Shown here: one piece after another, positions 39,207-50,808 of the stretch
Position numbering within the stretch: the first letter of the stretch is position 1
How the letters are laid out: each line of letters opens with the position of its first letter
NCBI GenBank assembly: GCA_964016885.1
Contig: OZ024743.1
Coordinates: 153,388,001 to 153,452,000 of the forward strand
DNA length: 64,000 nucleotides
Source: Eledone cirrhosa
Lineage: Eukaryota
Direction of reading: 5' to 3'
Made by a program: the position numbers and the translations under genes
The notes under the pieces: generated by a model
Databases searched by the model: none
Told to the model about the DNA's origin: nothing
Seen by the model: the letters and a program-made list of their open reading frames with translations, nothing else

Positions 39207-41181
39207 CGCGTCTATGCGGCTCGGCCGGCTACGCGATGCTCTGTTTTAATTAGACAGTCGGATTCCCCCGGTCCGTACCAGTTCCGAGTTGACAGTTCGC
39301 CGCCGGCCGAACGCCTGCCGCGCGTCTCGGCAACAGCCATCCTCCTCGCGAACAAGAAAGAAAGAAAGCTAACCGACGCGCCAACGAGCCCGAAGCTGTG
39401 TCGCTCCACGGTGTCCCGGGCGTGGAGCCGTGTTTTTCGCGCCCACTACGCATCGAACGTCGCAAAAAGCAACCGACCAAAACGCCGCTCGCCAACGCCA
39501 AGCTAGCGCCTCTCCAAGCCCCCCGTTTTTGTTTCCGACCGACAAAAACGAAGAAAACGAAGAAAAAAAGACGACGACGACGTAAAGGAAAGAGAAAAAA
39601 AAACCGAAAGAACAAAACAAAAGCGAGCAGAAAACGAAAAAAAAAAACCGCCCTAGCGAGCGACAAGCCTCTCCCGTCTGCTACGCCTTCATCCCTCCTC
39701 CGCGGTAATCTTTCAACAAACCCCGTTCGCCTCCGCGCGACCAACCCGCAGCCGCCGCCGCCTTCTTCCTCTCTCTCCTCGCCACCAACCGAAAGAAGGG
39801 CAAGGAAAAACGAAACGAACGCAAACGAAACGGGCGCAAACCGGCCACCCGATCGACGCTCGAACGTCGAGTCCGACGCCAACGCTACAGCCCCGTACCG
39901 GTTCACCGCTTCGCGTACAGACGTGCTGCGCGACCGATCCCGAGTCTTTGGAAAAAAACAACAAGACGGCCGACAGGCCGACACACACACGGCCCGACCG
40001 ACCCGGTCCTCGAAGCCAATCCTTCTTCCGAAGGTACGGGTCCATTTTGCCGACTTCCCTTACGTACATTGGCGCTATCGACGAGAGGCTGTACACCTTG
40101 GAGACCTGCTGCGGATGGTGGGTACGGACCGACTCGAGAGCTGCGAATCGTTACGGACCCGGATTTTCCAGGGCCGCCGAGAGCGCACCGGACGCCGCCC
40201 GAGACGCGGCGCTCTACAGGTACCATATCCGTATCTCCGGACGAGCCGATTCCACGGACGCGGTCCTTTACGAAGAAGAGAGAACTCTTCCCGGGGCTCC
40301 CGGCAACGTCTCCGGGCTCGCTTGCGTTGCCGCTGCTTCGCCCGACCGCCTGCTTTGATGACGCGACGATGCGTTAAATTCCACCGACGGACGAGCACTC
40401 TCCGAGTTCGGGTTCGGGAATATTAACCCGATTCCCTTTCGATGCAAGGCCGGCCGTAACAAAAACAGAGAAGCAAAAAAAAAAAAGGAATTTTAATTTT
40501 AATCTCTTTCTCGACAATTGATCCGGCGCCTTTCGTACAAGCTTTCGCCCGCTTCTTAGGACCGACTGACCCGTGCTCGACCGCCGTTGGTACGGAACCC
40601 TTCTCCACTTCAGTCTTCGAAGGTCTCGTTCGAATATTTGCTACTACCACCGAGATCTGCACCCGCGGTCGGCTTCACCCGGGCTCACGCCCGCGGCTTC
40701 CGTGCACGCCGAGGCGCCCTCCTACTCGACCAGGCATCGAAGAAAGTTACGTCGTGTTACCTTTTTTCGCCTATCGCCTGGCCGGTCCGGCATCGGTCGC
40801 TCGCTCCAGCGCCATCCATTTTCGGGGCCGGTCGATTCGGCAGGTAAGTTGTTACACACTCCTGAGCGGATTCCGACTTCCGTGGCCACCGTCCTGCTGT
40901 CTATATCGACCGACACCCTTTCGGGGATCTAATGGGCGAAGCGTAGGGCACCTTAGCCGGACGTTCGGTTCATCCCACATCACCAGTTCTGCTTACCAAA
41001 AGTGGCCCACTTGGCACCGTGCATTCGTCGCCGAGACGGCGGCCGCCTCCGATCGGGAGAGAGAGCGGCCCGTTTCGCCCGTTCCGAGTTCGAGAGTAGA
41101 TCGAGGCCGTCAACGTCCCCGGGGCCTCCAGTCGTTCGCTTTACCGGACGGAATTGCGTGTCGTTCTGTCTGCTGCTGGCG

Positions 41182-41224
<43 letters not shown>

Positions 41225-42726
41225 CGGCTCGATTGGTCTTTCGCCCCTACACCCGGTTCCGACGACCGATTTGCACGTCAGAGGCGCTTCGGACTTCCAC
41301 CAGAGTTTCCTCTGGCTTCGTCCCGACCGGGCGTGGATCGCCATCTTTCGGGTCCCCGGCCGCCTGCTACACCTGAGTCGGAGCGCGCCGCGCCGACGGC
41401 CCGAAAGCCGCCACGCGACGCGCACACCCGACCCGGGAACGATGCTTCGAAACGCCTACGGCGGCGCGGAAAAAAGAAGAAAAAAACAACAGCGACACGA
41501 CCCGAAGGCCATGCCGCATGCTATCAATTCAACCAGCCCCTAACGCCGCCGTCGACGACGCGTCACGTTCTCGCTTTCACTTCGCCGTCGGAGTTCGTTA
41601 AATTCGATTTCTTTCGCTCCAACGACTCGCAACCGACTGGGACTCCTTGGTCCGTGTTTCAAGACGGGTCGGGTAGGTTGCCGATGCTCGTCGCAGACCT
41701 GCAGCAGCGGACGGCTGGCGATCCTCGTCCGCCCAGCGACCCGCTCCCTCCTGCTCCGCAAAGAGAGCAAAAGAGAAAAAGCAAACGGGGCGAGCGAACG
41801 AGGCGGCCGCTTTCTCGAAAGCCGATCAGAAATTTTAAAGGATATTAAAAAAACCGACCTAAGCATATACGAACGGCGCTGCGGCTGATAATGGAACACG
41901 CGCGTTTGTCCCGTCCCCGCCTGTTAGCCGTGCCTGGGACGATGAAAACCACCGCCGAGCGACGGGCCCGGTCGAGAGAAGCGCTGTTTTCGGAAACCCG
42001 CTTCGAAAGCGAACCGGGAATGGTTCGTTTTATAGGCGGGACGCCGCTCTGCGACCTGCGGACACCGCGCGCCATCCAGCCTGACGAGAACGGATCGCGA
42101 CGACGGATCGAAGGGGAAGTGCGTCCGATGCCGGCACCCCGCGAATCGTAACGCCGGCGAGGCGGTAGGCGGTCGACTCGTCGAAACGAGAGACCGCCGC
42201 CGACGCGATCGCCGACGACGACGGCGCCTTAAAACAGCAGCGGACTGAGTCCCCTGGCGATCGCGGTGAACGGTCCTACCCGTTTAACTCCTGGGCGGTT
42301 TCACGGTCTCTTGAACTCTCTCTCCAAAGTTCTTTTCAACTTTCCCTCGCGGTACTTGTCGGCTATCGGACTCGTCCCGGTATTTAGCCTTGGATGGAGC
42401 TTACCACCCGCTTTGGGCTGCGTTCCCAAGCAACCCGACTCTCGGTCCGAAGAAAGAGACACTGTCGATCGCCGCCGGCTCCGAATGGGCCTGGCACCCG
42501 CTTTGGGCAGCCCCGATCGAGGGGACTCCGAACCTAGCCGGGCGAAACGAACGACCGTGTACGACCCTTGCGCCACAGCTCTCGACGACCTGCTTGCGGA
42601 CGACGAGATTCAGCGTTGGGCTCCTCCCAGTTCACTCGCCGTTACTAAGGGAATCCCGGTTGGTTTCTTTTCCTCCGCTTAGCGATATGCTTAAGTTCGG
42701 CGGGTAGTCGCGTCCGAGTCGAGGGC
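39120..42726 (-). rRNA. 28S: 28S rRNA 5' portion up to the R2 site
   Basis: ACCCGCCGAACTTAAGCATAT, GACCCGTCTTGAAACACGGACCAAGGAG, GGGAAGTCGGCAA, GATTTCTGCCCAGTGCTCTGAATGTCAAAGTG, GGTAAACGGCGGGAGTAACTATGAC. Confidence 0.97.
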
Positions 42727-43334
42727 AGCTATTCGCATACGCCGAATACGCTGAATACGAAGGACGAGGACGGTAAGAAGGCGGCGGCATCGATAAAGAA
42801 GAGACTGGCGATATAGAGCGGGCGCCAAGGCGGAATGTGGAAAAGACGAGAGATATGGGAAAAAAAGAGGCGGCATCGAAATCGTTTCTCGTCGGCCGAC
42901 ACGAACGCTTTGTGTTTTTGGCGACTCGCAGAGCGAACTCCGGCCGACGAACAACGACCGCGCCTGGGTTACTGCGTTTCTTTTTACCCTTCTCGTCTTC
43001 CCTTCTTCTAAATCTTTCTCTTTCCGTGCTTCGACGATCTCCGAAGCGAACGACGAGAAATAAAGAAAAATAACGACGAAAAGTGTTAGTTCTTATTTCA
43101 ATACGGGAGACGGAGCGTTCCGCGAGCGACGACTCTCGCTTCTTCTGCGACTCCCGACTTCCCGCTGTTACCATGGCGCAAAAGAGAAGAGATAAAGAAA
43201 AGAAACTGCGCTTCACTAAGGCGGCAGCGGCGGCAGCAGCGCAAAAGGCGGAGGATGTGTTTCTCTCTTTCATCTCTCACTCTCGTGAGCGGGCGGCGCA
43301 TGGCGAAACAGCAGACATCGCGATTGTATCGTGA
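42727..43334 (-). other. ITS2
   Basis: Lies between 5.8S and 28S. Confidence 0.85.
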
Positions 43335-43499
43335 CCGCCTCTCGACCGGACGGGGCCCCGGGACGATGGAATCCCGGGGCCGCAATGTGCGTTCGAGGTG
43401 TCGATGTTCACTGAGTCCTGCAATTCGCATCAGTTCACGCGGATAGCCACGCTCTTCATCGACGGACGAGCTGAGTGACCCCCCCGTCCAGGGTTTTGT
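43335..43499 (-). rRNA. 5.8S: 5.8S rRNA
   Basis: GTCGATGAAGAGCG..GAATTGCAGGAC..GAACATCGA..CGAACGCACATTGCGGCC. Confidence 0.95.
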
Positions 43500-44034
43500 C
43501 ATTTTTAAACGAAAACGAAAACGAAAACGAAACGAAAATAAAAAACACGGTAAAAAGAACGCGAAAGCATAGAAACAACCAACGGTAGACGATGGCGGAA
43601 GCGGCGACAGCGACAGCGACGATATTCACGGGAGGTTTTCACGTTCGCTGCTCGCTGCGGTCTGTCTGCTGCTGGCTGCCTTGCTGCTTCCGCGGGCGAG
43701 GTGAGAGAAAAATAAGAAACGCACGTCGAAAAAATACGTTCTTTCGGATACGAAATCGAACGCTTGCGCAAATGTTATCAGCCGAGCGCCGTGCTGGCGC
43801 CGGCAAAAGAAAAAAAATAACGGTAGGAGCGGTTTAGGCGGCTGTAGACGCGCAGTAAGCGATATTGGCGGCGATTTCGCAAACGGCGCTCGCTCCATTT
43901 AACGGGTTACGCCGTCCGCTAGGCGTCTTCAGATGACGAACCCGACCGTTGTTGTCGTGATCACCGAATAACGAAAATATTTAAAAAAGGCGGCTTTCGT
44001 TGGCGGCAGCGTCGGCAATAAACGATATACGCGG
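43500..44034 (-). other. ITS1
   Basis: Lies between the 18S 3' end and 5.8S. Confidence 0.85.
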
Positions 44035-44092
<58 letters not shown>

Positions 44093-44235
44093 AGCGATCG
44101 GGTTCGGTCGTCTTCTCCGGGCCATCAGAGAGCGCACCGACGACGGCAACGAACCGACCTGACGGCCGAATCGAAACGCCGCCGCACGGCCTGCGAACTC
44201 GTCGGCCAGATCCGAGTACCTCACCGGACCGTTCG

Positions 44236-44278
<43 letters not shown>

Positions 44279-44977
44279 GATCGACGCGGGCTGATGACCC
44301 GCGCCTACCGGGAATTCCTCGTTCACGGGGTTGGTTCCAGGCCCCGATCCCTATCACGGGAGGTGGTTCAGAGGTTTCCCGACCCTCTCGGGCCGGGGGA
44401 GTGGCGCCCGCTGATACCTCCAGTGTAACGCGCGTGCGGCCCCGGACATCTAAGGGCATCACAGACCTGTTATCGCTCCGCCTCGTGCGGCTTTCTGCCG
44501 CCCGTCCCTCTAAGAAGCGCTGCGTTCGCCAACCGACTGGCCCGGACGCGACGACGAGCCGACGCCGGGGCTGTTCGCGCCGGTCCCCCCCCCCTCCCGA
44601 GTCCGAAAAACCGACCGCCGCCTCCGCCAGCGCTGCCTTCATTCCTCCATTCCGCAAGCGAACTCGCGAAAGAAGAAGACGACGACGGCAACGGCAACGG
44701 AAGCCCGAGCTTGAAGAAAAAGGGAAAAAAAACCGAACGCAGGACAGCTTACCGACGACGGCTTCGGCGCCGCAACGCTACCGGAAAAGCACTAATCGAC
44801 GCGCTAGTTAGCAGGCCGGAGTCTCGTTCGTTATCGGAATCAACCAGGCGGATCGCTCCACCAACTAAGAACGGCCATGCACCACCACCCACCGAATCGA
44901 GAAAGAGCTATCGATCTGTCAATCCTACCGGTGTCCGGACCGGGTGAGTTTTCCCGTGTTGAGTCAAATTAAGCCGC

Positions 44978-45023
<46 letters not shown>

Positions 45024-46434
45024 TGTTTTGTAACCATACTCCCCCCGGAACCGACTATGGTTTCCCGCGCAGGCTCCCCGCCGGGTCATCGAAGCGAACG
45101 CCGGCGGCGCGCCAGTCGGCATCGTTTACGGTCGGAACTACGACGGTATCTGATCGTCTTCGAACCTCCGACTTTCGCTCTTGATCGAGGAAAACGTGCT
45201 TGCCACACGCCGTCGCTGCAGTGCGTCTTGCGACGATCCAAGAATTTCACCTCTAACGTCGCAATACGAGTGGCCCCGATCGCTCCCTTCGATCATTGTC
45301 TCGTCGTGAACGGAGACCGACGGATGACGCGCGGACGAGGCCATTTTCCATCATTCCATGCTTTTCGTATGCAAGCCGGTGCGGCTCGCTCTGAGCACTC
45401 TAATTTTTTCACAGTGAACGTATCGGCCGCTTCGGACACACCGTAAAGAGCACCCTCGGAGGAACGGTGCGGATCGGCGGCGAAACGGAACGACGCGCGA
45501 CGACAAAACGGCGGCCGCAGGAAAGCGATGCGCCGAGACGACACGACAACGAAACCGGTCACGCCGTCGTATCCAACCCTGGCGACGAACCTCTGCTTTC
45601 GTAAAGAAAAAGGCAAGCGCGCAGGGAGAGGAAAACAAAACCGCGAGGTGAACGCGCGACCGCGGCGAGGTGACGGCACGACGACGTAAGAACCGTCCGA
45701 ATAGCCAAGCGAGACGAACTCCAAACCCTGACCGGAGCGCGGCAACGAAAACGAGAGGCGAACGGCAAACGCCCGCGATAAAGCAAAAGCGCCGTCGTAT
45801 TCGCATCGTCCCCGATCGCGCAAAGGAAAATAGGTAAGAAGAAAGGCAAGAAGCGAGGCAAGAAGGTAAAACGCGACGTCCGCACCGTGACGCCGAGCGG
45901 TGATGCACGCAGAGCTCTGCGGCCCGACCGCGCACGCACCGTCGAATAGGGCCGGGAGTGCGAACGGACGACCGAAGTCGACGCGCGGCGCGCGAACGAC
46001 AACGGCGCCGTCGCCCCGAACGCGCTGACGACGCAGCGCGCTTTCGAGACCCGAATTCCGACTACGCATCTAACGGCATCTAACGCGTCGTCGGTCTCAG
46101 TCTAATATTTGCGCCGCGACCAATGCGAAGGCCGACCGTGTCGACGCGATCTGTTGGGACCGCGCGGGAAGACGGAACGACGACAGCGACGAACGCTGAG
46201 CGCGTTTGTAACCCGACTCCCGGGTGCGACCTGCGATCGCGGCCTCAGTTGCATGTATTAGCTCTAGAATTGCCATAGTTATCCACTCTCCTCGCGGTAA
46301 GGAATACGGTCCCGAGGAATAGGTCCGGTTCCTGAGCCATTCGCGGTTTCACCATTCGTTTACGGCATGAACTTACACTTGCATGGCTTAAGCTTTGAGA
46401 CAAGCATATGACTACTGGTAGGATCAACCAGGTA
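44035..46434 (-). rRNA. 18S: 18S rRNA, expanded, with internal deletion at about 46065-46085 (pseudogene)
   Basis: Starts TACCTGGTTGATCCT, ends GAACCTGCGGAAGGATCATTA; has AAACTTAAAGGAATTGACGG and GTACACACCGCCCGTC; lacks GTGCCAGCAGCCGCGGTAA. Confidence 0.95.
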
Positions 46435-48186
46435 TCTTCCGCACGAAATACAAAACGACGACCGAGAACAGAAGCGCATGGAGGCGGCAGCAGCGAATTT
46501 CGTCTCGTCTCGCTGTAGGCGGAAAGAGAAAAGGTAACAAAAAAAAAAAAAAATACGGAAAAATGTCGGCAACCGGTCCACGAGCCGGTGGAGATAAGAA
46601 ACGAAGAGAAAAGAAGAAGGACGCGGCGCGGCGCGTTTGGCGGCATTTACTCATCATCTCTCCAAGATCATCTCCTCTCCCAGCGACGTCGTCGACAAAA
46701 CGGGCGTATACGAAAACAAATCGCCCGCCGGCTGCCGGCCAATAGTTTAGTCTTCTTCCTCCTCCTCGGCGGCGGCGGCGATGAAAGAAAAGAAAAGAAA
46801 CAAACGAAAACGAGCTCGCAAGACGGTTTACAATCCGATGGCATCGCACGAAGCCGCTTTCGGAAGCGTTTCCCTGGGCGTAAGTGCGAGCTGAGGCGTG
46901 ATGCCGGGGCGGCAGCAGCATGCGGCCTCGAAGAAGAGGAGAGAGAAGTAGGCGGCGCCTTCCGCTTTCGATTCAACAGCTGCTGTCGCCGTTACTGCGA
47001 CGGAAAAAGAAATCGGTTCGACATGGCGGCGGAATGCGGTCAACGGAAGAGAGTTAGGAAGACGACGACGACGCGAAAAGCGCCGCCGCCGCGTAACCTA
47101 ATGGCTAGGTATGCCGGGGCAAACTTGGACGACGCCGACCCGATAAAGGCAGCGGCGCAAGCAGGGACACCCGGACTTGATGCCAGTGTCCATTCGGGAG
47201 GGACGACGCCGCTTTCTTTCATAGATATCGCGTCGCCGTTGGCAAAACGAGGGTAGCTACGGCTATACCCAAGCCCGCCGCGGCAGTGGCGACGCAACGC
47301 GAGGTCAGCGGCATGACCTGACCGGGTCCACGACGAAAAGCCGAAACCTTCGTCGCAGAAAGGAAGAGTGACGCGCGTCGTCGCCGTCGTAGATCGCCGT
47401 CAAACGCACTGCAGGGCATTTAGGCGTTGCTCCTACATTAAAATGACGGCTATTACGACGGATGCGTACCTACTGCTGTGACGGCGGAAAGGCGGTCGTT
47501 CGGAAGGCGGATAATCGTCGAGGCCGAGGGTCGGCGAGCGAGCGAGCGAACGAACGAAAAAAAAAAAGAGGCGAGGAGGAAGCGACGAGGCGTTCGGCGA
47601 AAAGGTTTTTCAGACATTTTACGCCGACCGGGCGAGAAGGCGTTCGTTTTTTTGGCGTCAACCGAGGAGTAATTTGCGTTGCTCCAGCGGTAACGAACGT
47701 TTTCTATCGTGGGTCCGGTCGGGCGACGACGGCGGCGGTCTGGAAAGGCAATTCTTTTGCCGCGACGGAAGCGCAATCGAAAGGCGGATCACGAAATGCG
47801 GCTAGCCGTCGAAAAGGAGAAAAAAGAATAGGCGAGGAAAAGGCGGCGCGAGGAGGTTCGGCGATAAAGGCTTTCAGAACTTTTACGTCGCCCGGACGGG
47901 GAGGCGCTCGTTGTTGGCGTCAACCTAGGAGTAATTTGCGTTGCTCCAGCGGTAACGAACGTCTTCTATCGGGGGTCCGGTCGGGCGGCGGCGGCGGCGG
48001 TCTGTAAAGGCAATAATTCGTCGATGGCGGCGTGTACGGGCTGTAACGTGAGGGCGGGTCGTGGACGAGGACGACATCGCATATAGGGTATCCGAACACG
48101 CCTAACCCGTAACCTACGCAGTAAACCGAAAGCTGCAACGGCTAGCACCCTTCCGTTCACTAAGCTCGTTCGACCGAGGTTACCCT
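46435..48186 (-). other. 5' external transcribed spacer (about 1.75 kb)
   Basis: Between the putative initiation site and 18S; diverged internal duplication at about 47600-47755 and 47865-48015. Confidence 0.65.
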
Positions 48187-48252
48187 ATATAATAGACAGG
48201 ACCCCCTGGCCGTGCTGCATCCTCCGCAATCGTTGCTAATCCCCCAAGGGAG
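48160..48252 (-). promoter_or_regulatory. Putative Pol I gene promoter / initiation site (TATATAGGG, +1 near 48186)
   Basis: Minus-strand CCTGTCTATTATATAGGGTAA, an AT island in GC-rich spacer that resembles TATATAGGG initiation motifs of plant and arthropod rDNA; duplicated upstream. Confidence 0.6.
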
Positions 48253-48959
48253 ATCCGCCGGCCACGGGTCGGCTGCGGAACCGCTTAGACGGCGGGTTGG
48301 CTTCGGTCCCGCTGTCGATGCGGGACCTAGAATGGCTAGAGAGATAGAAGGCGGCGTGTCGTCGGCAAAGCTACACCACTTCGCCGTTCGGGCGTCGTCG
48401 TCGGCTGGATTCCCCTGGAGCCACCACGGGTCGGATGCGGCCGACTCGGCACGCATCAACGGCGGAACGTTTACCGGGTACGAGGCGGAAGGCGGAAGGC
48501 GTCGTGTCGCGTGTACACGCCGTCTTGCCGCATCTCTTTCCCGGCAGCTACTCGCAAACGTACGGGTCGGCGGCGGAACCGCCTAGCCGGCGGATTCGAT
48601 TACTTTCCGCCGTCTACACGGGGCCTCCCCGAAGGAAGCTAGTTGGCGGCGTGTTGTCGTCGCGTCGACCAAGCTACTCCACGCTGCCGTTCGGGCGTCG
48701 TCATCGGCTGGATTCCCCTGCAGCCACACGGGTCTGAGGCGGCCAACTTGGCACGCCTTAACGGCGGAACACGCATCGGAGGCGGAGTACGGAGCGGAGG
48801 CGGAGGGCGGGCGTTAACGTGCAGGCGGGACGGACGAGTTCTGGACGGCATGTCGTTCGAGGCGGAGACATCCGACATAGCATAGGGTAAGCCGGCACGT
48901 TCCCGTCTTGAAAACGGAATATTCACGACTCTCAACGGGTAGCACCCGGAATCGTTTTC

Positions 48960-49020
48960 TCGAGCTCGTCCGATCAAGATTACCCTATATAATAGACAGG
49001 ACCCCCTGGCCGTGCTGCAA
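48960..49020 (-). promoter_or_regulatory. Putative spacer promoter 1
   Basis: Copy of the 48160-48220 block with TATATAGGG at 48983-48991. Confidence 0.55.
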
Positions 49021-49110
49021 AACCCCTACTCGGTGGTATTCCCCGCAGGCGTTTCGCAACCCTACGGGTCGGCGGCGGATCCGCCTCGCCGGCGGGTTGC
49101 GAACTTTCTC

Positions 49111-50120
49111 GCGATCGAAGCGGGAAGGCGTGGTCGAATAAAGGAACGTTTGCCGGGTTCGAGGCGGAAGACGGAAGGCGTCGTGTCGCGTCGCGGAATT
49201 TCGCCTCGCTTCGCGTATACACGCCGTCTTGCCGCCTGTCTTTCCCGGCAGCTACTCGTAAAAGTACGGGTCGTCAGCGGAACCGCCTATCCGGCGGATT
49301 GGATTTCTTTCCGCGATCGAAGCGGGAAGGCGTGGACGAATAAAGGAACGTTTGCCGGGTTCGAGGCGGAAGACGGAAGGCGTCGTGTCGCGTCGGGGAA
49401 CTTCGCCTCGCTTTGCGTATACACGCCGTCTTGCCGCCTGTCTTTCCCGGCAGCTACTCGTAAAAGTACGGGTCGGCAGCGGAATCGCCTAGCCGGCGGA
49501 TTGGATTTCTTTCCGCGATCGAAGCGGGAAGGCGTGGACGAATAAAGGAACGTTTGCCGGGTTCGAGGCGGAAGACGGAAGGCGTCGTGTCGCGTCGGGG
49601 AACTTCGCCTCGCTTTGCGTATACACGCCGTCTTGCCGCCTGTCTTTCCCGGCAGCTACTCGTAAAAGTACGGGTCGGCAGCGGAATCGCCTAGCCGGCG
49701 GATTGGATTTCTTTCCGCGATCGAAGCGGGAAGGCGTGGACGAATAAAGGAACGTTTGCCGGGTTCGAGGCGGAAGACGGAAGGCGTCGTGTCGCGTCGG
49801 GGAACTTCGCCTCGCTTTGCGTATACACGCCGTCTTGCCGCCTGTCTTTCCCCGCAGCTACTCGTAAAAGTACGGGTCGGCGGCGGAATCGCCTAGCCGG
49901 CGGATTGGATTTCTTTCCGCGATCGAAGCGGGAAGGCGTGGACGAATAAAGGAACGTTTGCCGGGTTCGAGGCGGAAGACGGAAGGCGTCGTGTCGCGTC
50001 GGGGAACTTCGCCTCGCTTCGCGTATACACGCCGTCTTGCCGCCTGTCTTTCCCGGCAGCTACTCGTAAACGTACGGGTCGGCGGCGGAACCGCCTAGCC
50101 GGCGGAATGGATTTCTTTCC
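49111..50120. repeat. IGS tandem array, 5 x 202 bp
   Basis: gcgatcgaagcgggaaggcgtgg recurs at 49111, 49313, 49515, 49717 and 49919. Confidence 0.95.
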
Positions 50121-50460
50121 GCCGTCTACACGGGGCCTCCCCGAAGGAAGCTAGAAGGCGGCGTGTTGTCGTCGCGTCGACCAAGTCACAACACGCCGCC
50201 GTCCGGGCGTCGTCATCGGCTGGGTTACCCTGCAGCCACACGGGTCGGAGGCGGCCAATTTGCAAGCCTTAACGGCGGAACACGCATCGGAGGAGGAAGG
50301 AGGAGCGCGGGCATTAACGTCCAGGCGGGGCGGACGAGTTCTGGACGGCATGTCGTTCGAGGCGGAGACATCCGACATAGCATAGGGTAAGCCGGCATGT
50401 ACCCGTCTTGAAAACGGAATATTCACGACTCTCAACGGGTAGCACCAGGAATCGTTTTCT

Positions 50461-50553
50461 TCGAGCTCGTCCGATCAAGCTTACCCTCTATAATAGACAG
50501 GACACCCTGGCCGTGCTGCATCCTCCGCAATCGCTGCTAATCCCCCAAGGGAG
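50461..50553 (-). promoter_or_regulatory. Putative spacer promoter 2 (TATAGAGGG variant), truncated at the rDNA boundary
   Basis: Third copy of the promoter block; about 50030-50520 duplicates about 48520-49020. Confidence 0.5.
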
Positions 50554-50808
50554 TCAACGGCCATCCAAATAGTACTTTTTTTTTTTACCTGGGAGTGAAA
50601 GGCCCCCAGTTGTCACAGGACCTTTCTAAGACAGGGAAACTCTGATAAAAAAGAAAAGAGCCTGTGGCTTCGGAAGCAACTGCTGCTGTTGACCAGTTCT
50701 CCTTTTTGGGTAGTGTTTTTGATGCTCTGAGAGTGGAAATGGTCGAGTGCAAGGCATTTTCCCACTTAAAAAGAATTCAACGCACAGGCATTGCCTGTTC
50801 AGGATATG
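50551..50808 (+). repeat. Headless family-B-related repeat
   Basis: Nearly identical to 52405-52662. Confidence 0.8.

Noticed and set aside
39212-50435. Long Arg/Ala-rich ORFs up to 342 aa on both strands
   Set aside because: Shadow ORFs of GC-rich rRNA, ITS, ETS and IGS sequence; no protein motifs.
36560-50553. GC-rich island as bacterial contamination or horizontal transfer
   Set aside because: It is eukaryotic 18S-5.8S-28S rDNA; the GC contrast is normal for rDNA.
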